Source: Harriotta raleighana
Lineage: Eukaryota
DNA: 64,000 nucleotides
Direction: 5' to 3'
Assembly (NCBI GenBank): GCA_050575255.1
Contig: JBNZDD010013714.1
Span: 2,365,494 to 2,429,493, forward strand
Shown piece by piece: positions 1 through 41,753 of the stretch. Positions within the stretch are counted from its first letter, which is position 1. Each line of letters opens with the position of its first letter. The notes beneath the pieces are model-generated. The model saw only the letters and a program-made list of their open reading frames with translations. It had not been told where the DNA came from and did no database searches. A program made the position numbers and the translations under genes.

Positions 1-129
1 GAGAGGTGGAAAGATTTCAGGAGTTTCAGAAGGCACAGGAAAATGTTCAAAAATGTTAAAAGGTTCTCTGCTGAAAGTGCAATGAAGGACATAAAGAAGG
101 CCAGAATTGGGGGGGGGTTTGCATTTACA

Positions 130-740
130 TTATAATAATGAATAATAATAATCCTTGCATTTGATATAGGGCTTTTCATGTCTTTTGGATGTCTCAAAGA
201 GCTTCACAGAATATACTGTAAAATGAATTAAGTGCATACTGTATATAAATATATATATATATACTGGTATGGGTGAAATCCAGCCAATTGCACACAGCGG
301 TGTCCCACAAACAGTCATGGATTGAGTGACCAAATTTTTTTTTTTTTGAGGGATTATTTTTAGACATGTAGTAAGAAAACTTGACCAAGGTTTTGCACTG
401 CCTGTAATCAAACCCAAGCCTCCCGCTTGTAAGGCAAGTGCTCTTAACCACTGAGCAACAGGACGTCATGTCTTCTAAATATCTCAAAGCACTTCACAGA
501 ATAGACTGTAAAGTGAATTGACTGAATAAATTTGTGCGAATTACGGCAGCCAATTGTACATAGCAGTGTCCCACAAATAGTCGTGGACTGAAATGACCAA
601 TTTTCAAAAATATTTTTTGGAGGGATTATTATCAGGCGTGTGGAGTGAGGAAACTTGCCTAAGGTTTTGCCCTGTCTGGAATCAAACCCAGGTCTCTTGC
701 TTGTAAGGTGAGTGCTCTAACCTACTGAGTATCAAGAGAT
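130..740 (-). mobile_element. Two tandem tRNA-headed Deu-type SINEs
   Basis: Each has A/B-box head (gctcagtggtta..ggtttgat), tttgtgggacac..gtgcaattggctg core and LINE-like tail. Confidence 0.85.
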
Positions 741-2984
741 TTTACACACCCAGCCACAATCAATTATACAATCAGCATCTGCCCAGCACATAGTCTTATA
801 GCTGAGTGTTTGACTCAAAACCAAGTTAAACATTAAACAGCAGCTACTTGAAGGACTGGTTGGTAACTCATTGCCCAATGTAGCAGTGAGTCAGACAGAA
901 ACTTCATATCCTGCTCTCTACTGAGTTAATTGATCCCGGCCCAGGTAAGGTGGATACATTCAGTGCCTCCTGTGTTTTGCAAATGGAAAATTATCCAAGT
1001 TTCCCATTCGTTCTTTCTCTCCAGTGACCTTTGCTGAAAAGTGGTTGTTAGATGATCTAGTACAGTCTCGTAGCACAGATTCACAGATATGTTGGCATAG
1101 ATTTATATTGCTGGTCCCATCCTTATGTTTACAGCTAACTAGGGATTTAAAAGATAACGTCTGATCATACCAGGACATCAACATGATACAGTATGCCCTA
1201 TACTATGGTTTGCACTGTTCTTTACGTGACTGGTAACGGACCCACTTGACATTACAAGTGAGAGAATCATTCCATTAATAACTGCTTACGGAGTAAATTA
1301 TTTGTGTCAGTGATGAACCACTTTCACTTATTTCTTGTTTCGGTAGTCTGCCAGATATCACATTAAGATGAGTATTCGATCTTGGCTACTTGCAATTTAA
1401 AACACATTGATTGTCACCGTTATCTGATAGATCGGTGCCAAAGCACGTAATACCAGCCGAGCGACATGGGGGTCTTGATGACTTTGACAACAGTTGTTAT
1501 AAAAATACTCATGTTAAGTTGTATCCGTGTCCCGGCTTTAAACTGAGCAGCCCACCATACCCCTGTTCATTCTACTGTGGGTCTTCAAGTTGACTGTAAG
1601 TAGCTGTATTTTCAAACTATTCAAGGCATTTTTTTTCTATCTATTTGCACACATTGGATGAGTTTCCATCGACTATTTATAGGGTGGCTGTGATATTTGA
1701 GAACCATGAAACTTCCTTCAAAGAGGCAGAGGGTGTCTTTTTCCGATTCTAAAAATAACTATCTTTTCACGACCATAATCAAGATGTAGCAAATTGCTAC
1801 TATTAAAAATCAGCAATTCTATATTGCTAATTAAATGGAAGAATTATTATTAAGATAAGACTGTAACACGGCAATTTTCTGGAAAGACTGGCTTCCTAAC
1901 ACAATGTGGGTTTGTACACCCTCCAGCACTGGTACCAAAGAGGTCATATGCGCTTCGGCTGATCTTGCAGTAGGAACTTCTGATCTGTAATTGTCAGATT
2001 TAATTTATTTGGTTTGTTTCTCCCATTCCTCTTTCCTTTACTAAAGTCACTATCACATGATAATTTTTCATTCCATGGCTTCAATATTCCACCTTGCCCA
2101 AGGAATAATTTTTTACAATAATAATGTTTGTATTTGATATAACACTTTATGTTGTCAAAATGTCTCAAATTTTTTTATGGGATTTTAAAGTAAAATGTAC
2201 TGACTGTGTATTTGTAGGCAAATGCACAGCAATGTCCCATGAACAGCCATGAGGGGAATGATCAATTGTACTGTAGGATTGTTGGCCAGGAGAAACTCCC
2301 TTCCAAATTGTGATAGAGGAATGTTCATATTCCTCCTGAAGAGGCAGAAGAGGATTCAGCACAATTCAATCCAGTTCTAGATCATATAAGAATGACTACT
2401 TCGGTAGATGGCAGCAGCATGTTATGTGTTTACCTACAGAATACACAGCCACCACACCAATAACTCCTGTGGAAAGTTAGGATGAGAATAGAATCTTGAT
2501 GAAGAAAATGATCTGGTTGCAGCTGTGTTGCAATCTTGTTGATCAATCTCTTGCCAACCCATTGGTCATGCCTCCTGTCTGTAAAACCAGTTTTCAACTA
2601 ATGTAAATCACTTTTTAAAGAAAAGTCCCCCCCACGACTGTTCACTTTGGAAAGTGGGAACTGCAAGGAAGAGGCAATAAGGCATGTATTAGGTTTTAAG
2701 GTCAGAAAAAGTATAGGCCAAGGCTCAGAATAGGTAGACATGATGTGAAAAATGGTAAAAAAAAACAAAGTTAATTGAATAAAAAGGAGATGGAGATAAG
2801 ATCAAGAAAATACACAGAGTCCAGGAGAGCACAGGTACTGTGTTGAAGATTTATTTCAACATCTCTTTGTAATTCAAGTCATGATATTTGAAATTAAGAT
2901 TAATGTAGTATTGGTATAAAATTCATTTTTTTGTAGTAATAATTGCTGTATATTGTTTTATTGAGACAACCCAGGAATTACTGA

Positions 2985-3275
2985 AGTGTAGTGACTGTAT
3001 TTGTATGTAAATGCGGCAGCCAATTTGTGCATGACAATTTCCTAAAATTCATTAAAAAACAACCAAATTTATTTGAAGGATTGTTGACCAGGACACCAGG
3101 AGACAATCTCCTCTCTTTTTCAACAGTGCATGGGATCCTTAATATCCACTTACACAGGCAGGCTCTGTTTAAAGTCTTATTGAAGCACTGCTTTGGTGTA
3201 TCAATCTAATCAATGTGCTCAAAATCCTAACGTGAGACTTGAACTCAGAATTGAGAATGCTCTCAATTGAGCCAG
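2985..3275 (-). mobile_element. Old, diverged Deu-type SINE (similar copies 3745-4115, 58200-58470)
   Basis: gcggcagccaatttgtgca, ttgaccaggacaccaggaga, catgggatcctt motifs recur in these copies. Confidence 0.65.
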
Positions 3276-4768
3276 GCATTACAGCTAAAAATACTTCTTA
3301 CATTTCTTACAGTGGCTTATGTTGAAGTGTCTCAAAGTGCATCACAGTTTTTTTGTAAAATGTAGTGAATGTGCAGTTGTAGACTAGTCAATTTGCCAAC
3401 AGAAATAACAGCCTCTGGTGTCTTGCTGGTAGTCTACCAGTTACTTTTGTGTAGTTTTAGTGGAAATTGTATTATATGTAATTGAAAGATGACACAAAAT
3501 AGCTATAAAAATTATGGAAATGTTTCCGAAAGTGTTAATCTTTATTTGCTGTAGGTAACAGCTGCTTTATTGGTTTATCCTTTGGGGCAAGTTTTTAATT
3601 AGCTGATACCTATTTATAAATGATGCATACTGGGAGCAATTAAAAAAATATGAACGGACATCAAACTCATTACTCAAGTAAGACAATTTCTACATTACAC
3701 AATTTGTATCTATTGAATTCAATTTCTGTATCAAATTAACAATAAAAATCCTTGCATTGGATCTCGCACCTTATCACATAGTCAATGTCTCAAAGCGAAT
3801 TCACGGAACAGTAAAGTGCTTTTACTGTAATTACTGAATTTGGTGGCAAACAGCAACGAATTTGTGCATAGCAGTACCCCCAAAACAGCCATGTGGTTAA
3901 TGACTTTTTTTTCTGGGGATTGTTGGGCATAACACCAACATGAGTTTTAGTGTCCAATTGAACAGACAGTCTTGACCTCGGTTTAATGCATCTTCTGAGG
4001 CACACCATCTCCAACAAAGCTAGTCACCTCCAACACTACATTGGAGTCTTGACCAGGACTATGTGAATTTAAAACTCCTGCTCTGGGGCTTGAATCCACA
4101 GAGGTGATTCAGTGGCATGTGCTACCAAATGAGCTGTAATCTTCCCCCCACTCCCACCTTTGTGGATCGTACCAATATCTAAGCAGCCTTGAGGCTTACA
4201 ATCATTGTGCAAAATTGAAGTAGGAGTGAGTAGGAGATATCGTGGAGGTGGCAAGAGGAGTACCTCGTGAAGAAGTATAATGCCTCCATCCATCTAGTCT
4301 TCCTTTATCCACCTTGGCCTCCATTTTATCTATCCTTAAAATTCACCTCTTTACTGCACCTGATTGCCTCCCTCTCCCCACTTTTCCTCGGCAATCCGCC
4401 ATCATACAGCGCTCAGAGATGGTATCCTGTGAGAAAAGTACCATATAAATATGCGAGTTGTTATTTCTTCTTCCTTGAATCATTAAAACCCAAGATTACA
4501 TAACAAGCTCATAGGGACAGATATAATATACCTCAAGTGATGTTACAAGTCCAAAAGTGCAGCAACATCAAAAAATCTAAAGTCAGTCCCTGGGACGTCC
4601 TCCCGACATGAAAAGCGTTCTATAAATGTAATTTTTGATGTTAATATTATGGTATTAGCACCTTGGGACTATCTTTCTTCGGAGAAAGGTGCTATTCATC
4701 TAATTTTGTTGTTATTACAATTGCCCCCTTCCTCGCCCAGAAAATGTACCCCCAAAATATTCAGTGGG

Positions 4769-4912
4769 GAGTGAGTGAGTCAGTCAGTGATAGTCATTGA
4801 GTGAGTGAGAGTCAATCAGTGAGTGAGTGTCAGTGAGTGAGTCCATCAGTGAGTGAGTCAGTGAGTGAATGAGTGTCAGTCAATGAGTGTCAATTAGTGA
4901 GTGAGTCAGTGA
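4769..4912. repeat. (GAGT/CAGT)n microsatellite, resuming at 5268-5322 after an L2 insertion
   Basis: gagtgagtgagtcagtcagt... Confidence 0.9.
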
Positions 4913-5270
4913 ACAACAATAAAATTACACTTGTATAGCGCCTTTTGCATCATGAGAACGTCCCAAGGTGCTGGACTGTTAGTTTCAGATGTGAGTTTAG
5001 AACGGGCGGGGACAGATTAGGAGTCGATGGGTTCAGCGAAGAGGAGTCTTGAGGCGGCATCTGAAGGAGGCCAGGGAGGGGGCGAGGCAGAGGGACTGCG
5101 GGATGGAACTCCAGAGGTTGGGAGCAGAGTGGCTGAAGGCTCGCCCGCCAATGGTCAGGGGACATGGAGCAGGCCAGAGCCTGCTGAGCAGAGGGGGCAA
5201 GGCGGGTTGGTGAGGGAATAGGAGGTCAAGGATGTAGGGTGGGGCGAGGTTGTAGAGGGCTTTAAATGTG
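4912..5270 (-). mobile_element. L2 LINE 3' fragment
   Basis: L2 tail (cttgggacgt..aaaaggcgctatacaagtgtaatttt) plus ORF2 C-terminal remnant. Confidence 0.85.
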
Positions 5271-5329
5271 AGTCAGTGAGTGAGAGTTAGTGACTGAGTG
5301 AGAGTTAGTGACTGAGTCAGTGAACCAAT

Positions 5330-35965
<30,636 letters not shown>

Positions 35966-36759
35966 ACATTTTACTATGCTCCTAAGAACTAAGTTCTCAT
36001 TATCATCATCGGTATTGAGAAGCTGATGAATGAAGTATTCCAGCCGGGATATGCACAATCCGAAATGTAATCCGAAATGAGATGCTGGTTTAATACAAGT
36101 CCCTTGGCCATCAAAATGGCTAATTAAGGACACTGATTCCAACTGGATTGTAAGGAATAAAGATACACTTCTCTCTCCCCATCTTGCATCTGACTGGAAG
36201 AAGCAGGGTCTGATCGTACTATACTTCATTTAGAATCAGTCTGCCAACACTATCCCAAGACGTCAGTGGTTTCTAAGGCATGCAGAAGACTTCCAGGATA
36301 CAGATGTTTCCAGGGAATCTGGAAGAAAAGTGTTAAATTAACAGTGAAAGGAAACTTCGGATTCTTTTTGACATTATCTAAAATGCAAAAATGTTTACTT
36401 TTGTAGGCACTTGCTCTACAGTCCCCTCCCCTTCTACCCCCCCCACCCTCCCCCCAACCTCAGCCCCACCCCCTTCAGATGTGCGGGGTACAAAATGCAT
36501 CAGCATCAACTTTTGCTGGAAACACATTACATGGAACAGACTGAACTCTGCAGAACTGCATAATTTGCCAAATAAATTGGTAGAATTTAAGATCTAATGA
36601 TTCCAAAGAACATTCTGTGAATTTTTTAAAAACACAAAACATCTGTGGTAAACAACATTACTTTGCAAGATTTTTTTTTGTTTATTGATCAAAAAGCGTT
36701 TTTTTATTCTGTCTACAGAAACGAACTTTGTGGATAGCAAAATTATAAATTATTTATTT

Positions 36760-36765
36760 AATAAA
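36760..36765 (+). terminator. Candidate RSPRY1 polyadenylation signal
   Basis: AATAAA in AT-rich 3' region; alternatives near 36570 and 38938. Confidence 0.35.
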
Positions 36766-37779
36766 ATGCTGCGTGTTTACTGATGCTAGAATCCCCCCAC
36801 CCCCATCTAACCTAACCTTGGTATTGCATCCGCCATGTCTTGTAATGCAATATTTGACCAATTTGTTTTAAGTTATCTTTTCTTCCCTAACTTTTGTACT
36901 GGTCCAAGAAACCTTTTGCTAGAGCAATGCACTAAAATAATTTTGTTGCAGTTGTATCATGTGTAAAGAAAGCGAACGCATTAAGTTTGAAAGGCTTCAC
37001 GACGCTTGTGTAAGCCAGGAAAGGGATGTGGCAGTTTTACTTTTGCTTTTTTTTAAAAAAAATGATAAGCAACAATTTTTATAAGGAAAAATTGTTTTTA
37101 CAAATTAGGCTTAAATGGAACAGTGATGCCATTCGAGTTGTTTCTGCACAAGGTTGGTTTTATTGGCAAGTAGTTTAAACTGTCAGCTTTTTTTGCTGTT
37201 TTTACTACAGCTTGAGGTGTATGATAAAAGTTAACAAAGAAAGATTTTCATCAAGTCATGCCAAAAAAAAAATCCCAATGTGCAAATATCCAATGTGGTA
37301 CTTGCTCCTATTATCTAAAACACCCATCCAACCGGTGGTTTAGAGAAATTGTATAATAAAATTTGGAATACAGAAAAGCACGATGCCCAAGTTTTTATTT
37401 AATGTGTGCAGTAATGTGTAATTACAGTTTAAGGAGTTTCCTGGGTTTCGGCAATGCCTTGAGTCCACACGTTTGTTCATTTCACATGACTGGAGCCCCT
37501 TCCTATGTGGAAGACAAGCCTTTCTAGATGTTGCTAGTTTAGGCCCTAAGCTTGTGAATGCTTTGTTGACTTCTCTGACACATGGTAACATGAGTACTTT
37601 AGGTCAGAGAATGCATTTTCACATCAAAAGTCTGCATCTAACCTTTACCGCTTTAAGAAACTGATTACCTAGTTTCCCTCCTACACAAGATTTTATTTTT
37701 CCTGGCCAAATCTTGCATTCTCTTCCCCACCCCACTTCCTGATAGGAAAAACTTAATTGGAATATGCTTGTATACACAG

Positions 37780-38175
37780 CAACACCAAAATTACATTTAT
37801 AGAGCGCCTTTCATGTTGGGAGGCGCTGAACAATCAGGTCAGGACCCGAGCAGGGGGAGGTAGGGTCGAGGTAGGGGAAGGAGAGGGCGAAGAGTTAGGA
37901 GGGGAGCCAAAGGCACGGTCGAAGAGGAAGGTCTTGAGACCAGCCATTGAAGGAGGAAAGGGAGGAAGTGAGGCAAAGGAATTGCAGGATGGAGTTCCAG
38001 AGTATGGGGGCAGAGAGGCTGAAAGCCCAGCCACCGATTGTTGGACAGTTAGGGAGGTGGACGCAGAGCAGCCAGAGTGCTGAGAGGACGGGGCGACAGG
38101 CTAATGGGGAGACAGCAGGTCAGAGAGATAGGCGGGGGCAAGGCTGTGAATGGCCTTGAAAGTGAGGACGAGGAT
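37780..38175 (-). mobile_element. L2 LINE 3' fragment
   Basis: LKTFLFDRAF remnant; ILVLTFKAIH at right end; tail at left. Confidence 0.88.
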
Positions 38176-39061
38176 TGCTCAACCAGTTTGCTCAGACATG
38201 TGGACTCAAGCCAGATAATGGCCATTAATTATGTTGGTGAGCAATGCAAGGTAAGGTGATTTAAGGGAGCACGCATGTGTAATGAACGAATGGATATTTA
38301 TGTTACAGAGAATATGACAATATTGCAAAAACAAAAATGGTCAAAATTTCCTTGAATGTCCTACCAATGAAATGTCAAAGAGATATTTGCTAGAGTGCCA
38401 GGAAGGGATTCAACTGGTTGAAAATAAGATTCTGATTAACTACTTTTGGTTTCAGCAAATGCATTGCTTAAAACACCTCAAACAATTTCACAACTCCTTA
38501 AAATGCAAAAGGCAACAATATCAAAGGCAAAAGATTATTATGAATGCTAATTTACACAAGTCTCTTCACCAGAGCGAACAGGAAGCACTTGTTTGATTCC
38601 TACTGAAATGTGAATCTAGAATCATTTGCTGTGTAACAAATGTTTCAGCAGTAACAAAATTAATTCACTTTTTGAATCAACTGAATTGTATAGCTTCTAA
38701 AAATTTAGCTTTTAAAATTAAAACAGCAAAACAACTTTTTTTAATGGAACCTTTTGTCGTCTATAAACAAATAGGAGGAAATTACATTGCATTAACTCTG
38801 AATGTTGCAGAAAATAACTACTGATTTGATCAATAAGGTGTTAATGCATTTATATTTAAAATCTTTGTAATTCATTTGAACCAGTAGAGGCTTAAGGGCA
38901 GAGACTAAATGTTTTTTTAAAGAAAACTTGTTTTAAAATAAAGGTAATTCAAACTCATTGTAAGAACAATGATAAAGTGAATAACGTTTAGAACAAGGTA
39001 AGTCTGCGCTGTAAGGAATGGATGTACACATAGGTAGACTGAGCATCAGAATGGCAGAGCA

Positions 39062-39373
39062 ATAATAACTGATAATCCTTGTATTTGATGTAGTGCTTTT
39101 TCATATCTTCTAGACGTCTCAAAGCGCTTCACAGAACATACTGTAAAGTGAATTGACTATATCTGTATTAGTGGGTGAAACGCGGCAGTCAATTGCGTAC
39201 AGCAGTGTCCCACAAACAGCTGTGGATTGAAACCACCAATTTTTTTTGCGGGATTATTATTAGGCATGTGGAGTAAGGAAACTTCCCCAAGGTTTCGCCC
39301 TGACCTGCCCGGAATTGAGGCCAGGTCTCTCGCTTTTAAGGCGAGTGCTCTAACCACTGAGCTGCAGGACTCC
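39062..39373 (-). mobile_element. tRNA-headed Deu-type SINE, full length
   Basis: Head, core and (TTA)n tail all present. Confidence 0.88.
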
Positions 39374-39884
39374 ACCAAGTACAGTATGCTCTAAATGTGA
39401 GTAGTTAAAGCAACCTGGAGGGGAGGGGGGGGAGGGGGAATGACTTGGCAGATGGGATGGGGGTCAGTCTGATGTCTAATCTGGAATGTGGGGGTCACGT
39501 GACTCCTGTGTTGCCCTTTGACCCCTGCGCTCAAACCAGGCGCGAGCTTCTCAGCAACGCCCGCCGCCCAACGGTCGCGGCCCCGGTATATACACCTTCC
39601 CCCTCCCACCCCCCCCCGTACACACACTGAGCAGCCCCAGCATAGGGCATCATGAGCCCGCCTCATAGCCCACAGCCAGCCGCCGAGTGACCGAGGAGAG
39701 GAGCGGCCGCTAGCAGAGGCAGGTAGGCTCGGGCGGGGCGATGGGTGGGTCGGTTGGCAACAGCCATGAGCTCCCTCTCCTCAGCCAGGGAGCAGCTGGC
39801 AGGTTCTCCTTCCCATCCCAATGTACAGAATAAAACAAAATCTCGCTTTAAACGTCTGTCATTATTATGATTTTTTTTCTCTCT

Positions 39885-40027
39885 CTCTCAGCCGCTCTTC
39901 TCTGGGTTCTACCCCCTCCTCGCCCGGAACATTTTCCCTTGCTCGGGTCCTGAGCCAATCTGTCCAGCGCCTTGGGACGTCCTCCTGACGTGAAACGCGC
40001 TCTATAAGTGTAATTTTGTTGTTGTTT
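39885..40027 (+). mobile_element. Young L2 3' end between the two ARL2BP first exons
   Basis: cagcgccttgggacgtcctcctgacgtgaaacgcgctctataagtgtaattttgttgttg. Confidence 0.85.
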
Positions 40028-40214
40028 GTTATTGTACTTGTGCTACAGTCAGCAGAGCAGGACCGCCGGCAGCAGAGGAGGGGGGAGGGGAGGGGAACCC
40101 AGAGCCGGTGCCCTGTCTCTGACCCTCTGTCTCCGTCTCTCTGGCCGTGGCCGGGGGGAAGCTGTTGGCCCGCGGACCCCTGACTTCCGTTGCTGTGGAG
40201 AAACCGCTTCAACA

Positions 40215-40233
40215 ATGGCCTGGAAATCACCAG
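40215..40233 (+). CDS. ARL2BP: ARL2BP candidate upstream coding segment (MAWKSP) of an alternative first exon
   Basis: acaATGG Kozak, donor CAG|GTTAGT at 40234; splicing to the acceptor at 41684 is in frame with ATG 41716 with no stop. Confidence 0.6.
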
Positions 40234-40254
40234 GTTAGTCAGAGCCTCAATAAA

Positions 40255-40915
40255 GCTCAGTACAGGGTAGTACAGCTCAGTTCAGCTCAGTACAGTACAG
40301 CTCAGTACAGCTCAGCTCAGTACAGTTCAGTACAGCTCAGTACAGTACAGCTCAGTAGTACAGGCCAGCACAGTACAGCTCAGTACAGGCCAGTACAGTA
40401 CAGGCCAATACATTACAGCTCAGTACAGGCCAGCACAGTACAGGCCAGTACAGCTCAGTACAGTACAGCTCAGTGNCAGGTTAGTCAGAGCCTCAATAAA
40501 GCTCAGTACAGGGTAGTACAGCTCAGCTCAGCTCAGTACAGCTCAGTACAGTACAGCTCAGTAGTACAGGCCAGCACAGTACAGCTTAGTGCAGGCCAGC
40601 TCAGTACAGGCCAGGATAGTACAGTACAGCTCAGTACAGACCAGCATAGTACAGCTCAGTACAGGCCAGTGCAGTACAGGCCAGCACAGCTCAGATCAGT
40701 ACAGTACAGATCAGTACAGGTCAGCTCAGTACATCAGAACAGATCAGTACAGGCCAGCACAGCTCAGCTCAATACAGGCCAGCATAGTTAATACAGACTA
40801 GTACAACACAGATCAGTACAGGACAGCACAATATTGCTCAGGTCAGTACAGCACAGCTCAATACAGGCCACCACAGCTCAGACCAGCATAGCTCAATGCT
40901 GCATAGCTCAATGCT
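40255..40915. repeat. Degenerate pentamer array (CAGTA/CAGCT/CAGGC)n
   Basis: cagtacagctcagtacaggccagcacagta... over about 650 bp. Confidence 0.92.
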
Positions 40916-41715
40916 GCCCTCAACAGCAACAATAACTTGCATTTACAAAGCACCCTTCACATGGAGTAGAAAATAAAAATAATCATTTTCAATCCACGAC
41001 TGTTTGTGGGAGCCTGCTGTGCACAATTGGCTGCCGTATTTCACCCACGTCGCCATGTAAAACGTGGCAGCCAATTGCGCACAGCAATGTCCCACAAACA
41101 ATTGAGGGCTGAGTGACAAATTTCTAATTTTATTTTTCTGAAGGAATTTTGCCCACGGAAAAGCGATCCATCAATCAGCTAACAACCAGCTTCCTACTTT
41201 CTGCTAGGTACAGACATGTGTGGAAATATACCCAACCTTTTGCTCTGCCAGGAATCAAACCCAGGTCTTGCTTGAGGCGAGTAGTCTAACCACTGAGCTC
41301 GGGCACTCCAATCATATCAAGTTAGCTCTGGACAGGATTTCTGTACCCAAACTGGTTACATGTAGAATGGTACCAATGGGTAACTAAAATATATTTTAAG
41401 AATCCCTACATCTATTTATAATGGTTGAGCACATTTCTTTTTTTTTAATGATTTCCCATTTTGTTTGCACGCACCTAAATTATTGAGAACTGAGAACAGT
41501 TGTATAGTGTTTAAATTTGAAGTTGGATTTTCACTTTTTGCACATCTACAGGTAAATATTTTTTTTTTTTTAAAAACACTGACTACAGTACAGTACCTGT
41601 TTTATATGTGAGTGACTACATCATTGAATAATTTATATTGATCCGATGATTTACTAAATTATAACTTTTGTCGTCCTGAGCAGTTCTGTTTGGTACTGGT
41701 GATCAAGTCGTAGAA

Positions 41716-41753
41716 ATGGAGGATGTAGAAGAAGAGAATTTTGTGATATCCGT
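41716..41753 (+). CDS. ARL2BP: ARL2BP coding exon 1 (exon probably starts at 41684)
   Basis: MEDVEEENFVIS-GT|gtaagt; upstream acceptor ctgagcag|41684. Confidence 0.92.

Larger units (their letters stand above)
39490..40235 (+). promoter_or_regulatory. ARL2BP promoter region (two CpG-rich patches)
   Basis: GTCACGTGAC E-box 39494-39503, TATATA 39587-39592, donors CAG|GTAGGC (39723) and CAG|GTTAGT (40234), RFX-like half sites. Confidence 0.7.

Noticed and set aside
960-1184. 74-aa minus ORF as a PSME3IP1 exon
   Set aside because: No resemblance to PSME3IP1 motifs such as KRFVSEAEL or DPRSLYERL.
4769-5322. CRISPR-like or other prokaryotic repeat array
   Set aside because: Simple tetranucleotide repeats without unique spacers; eukaryotic context with no cas genes.
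40147-40791. 214-aa Q/S/T/V/Y-rich ORF
   Set aside because: Translation of the pentamer array, crossing an n junction.
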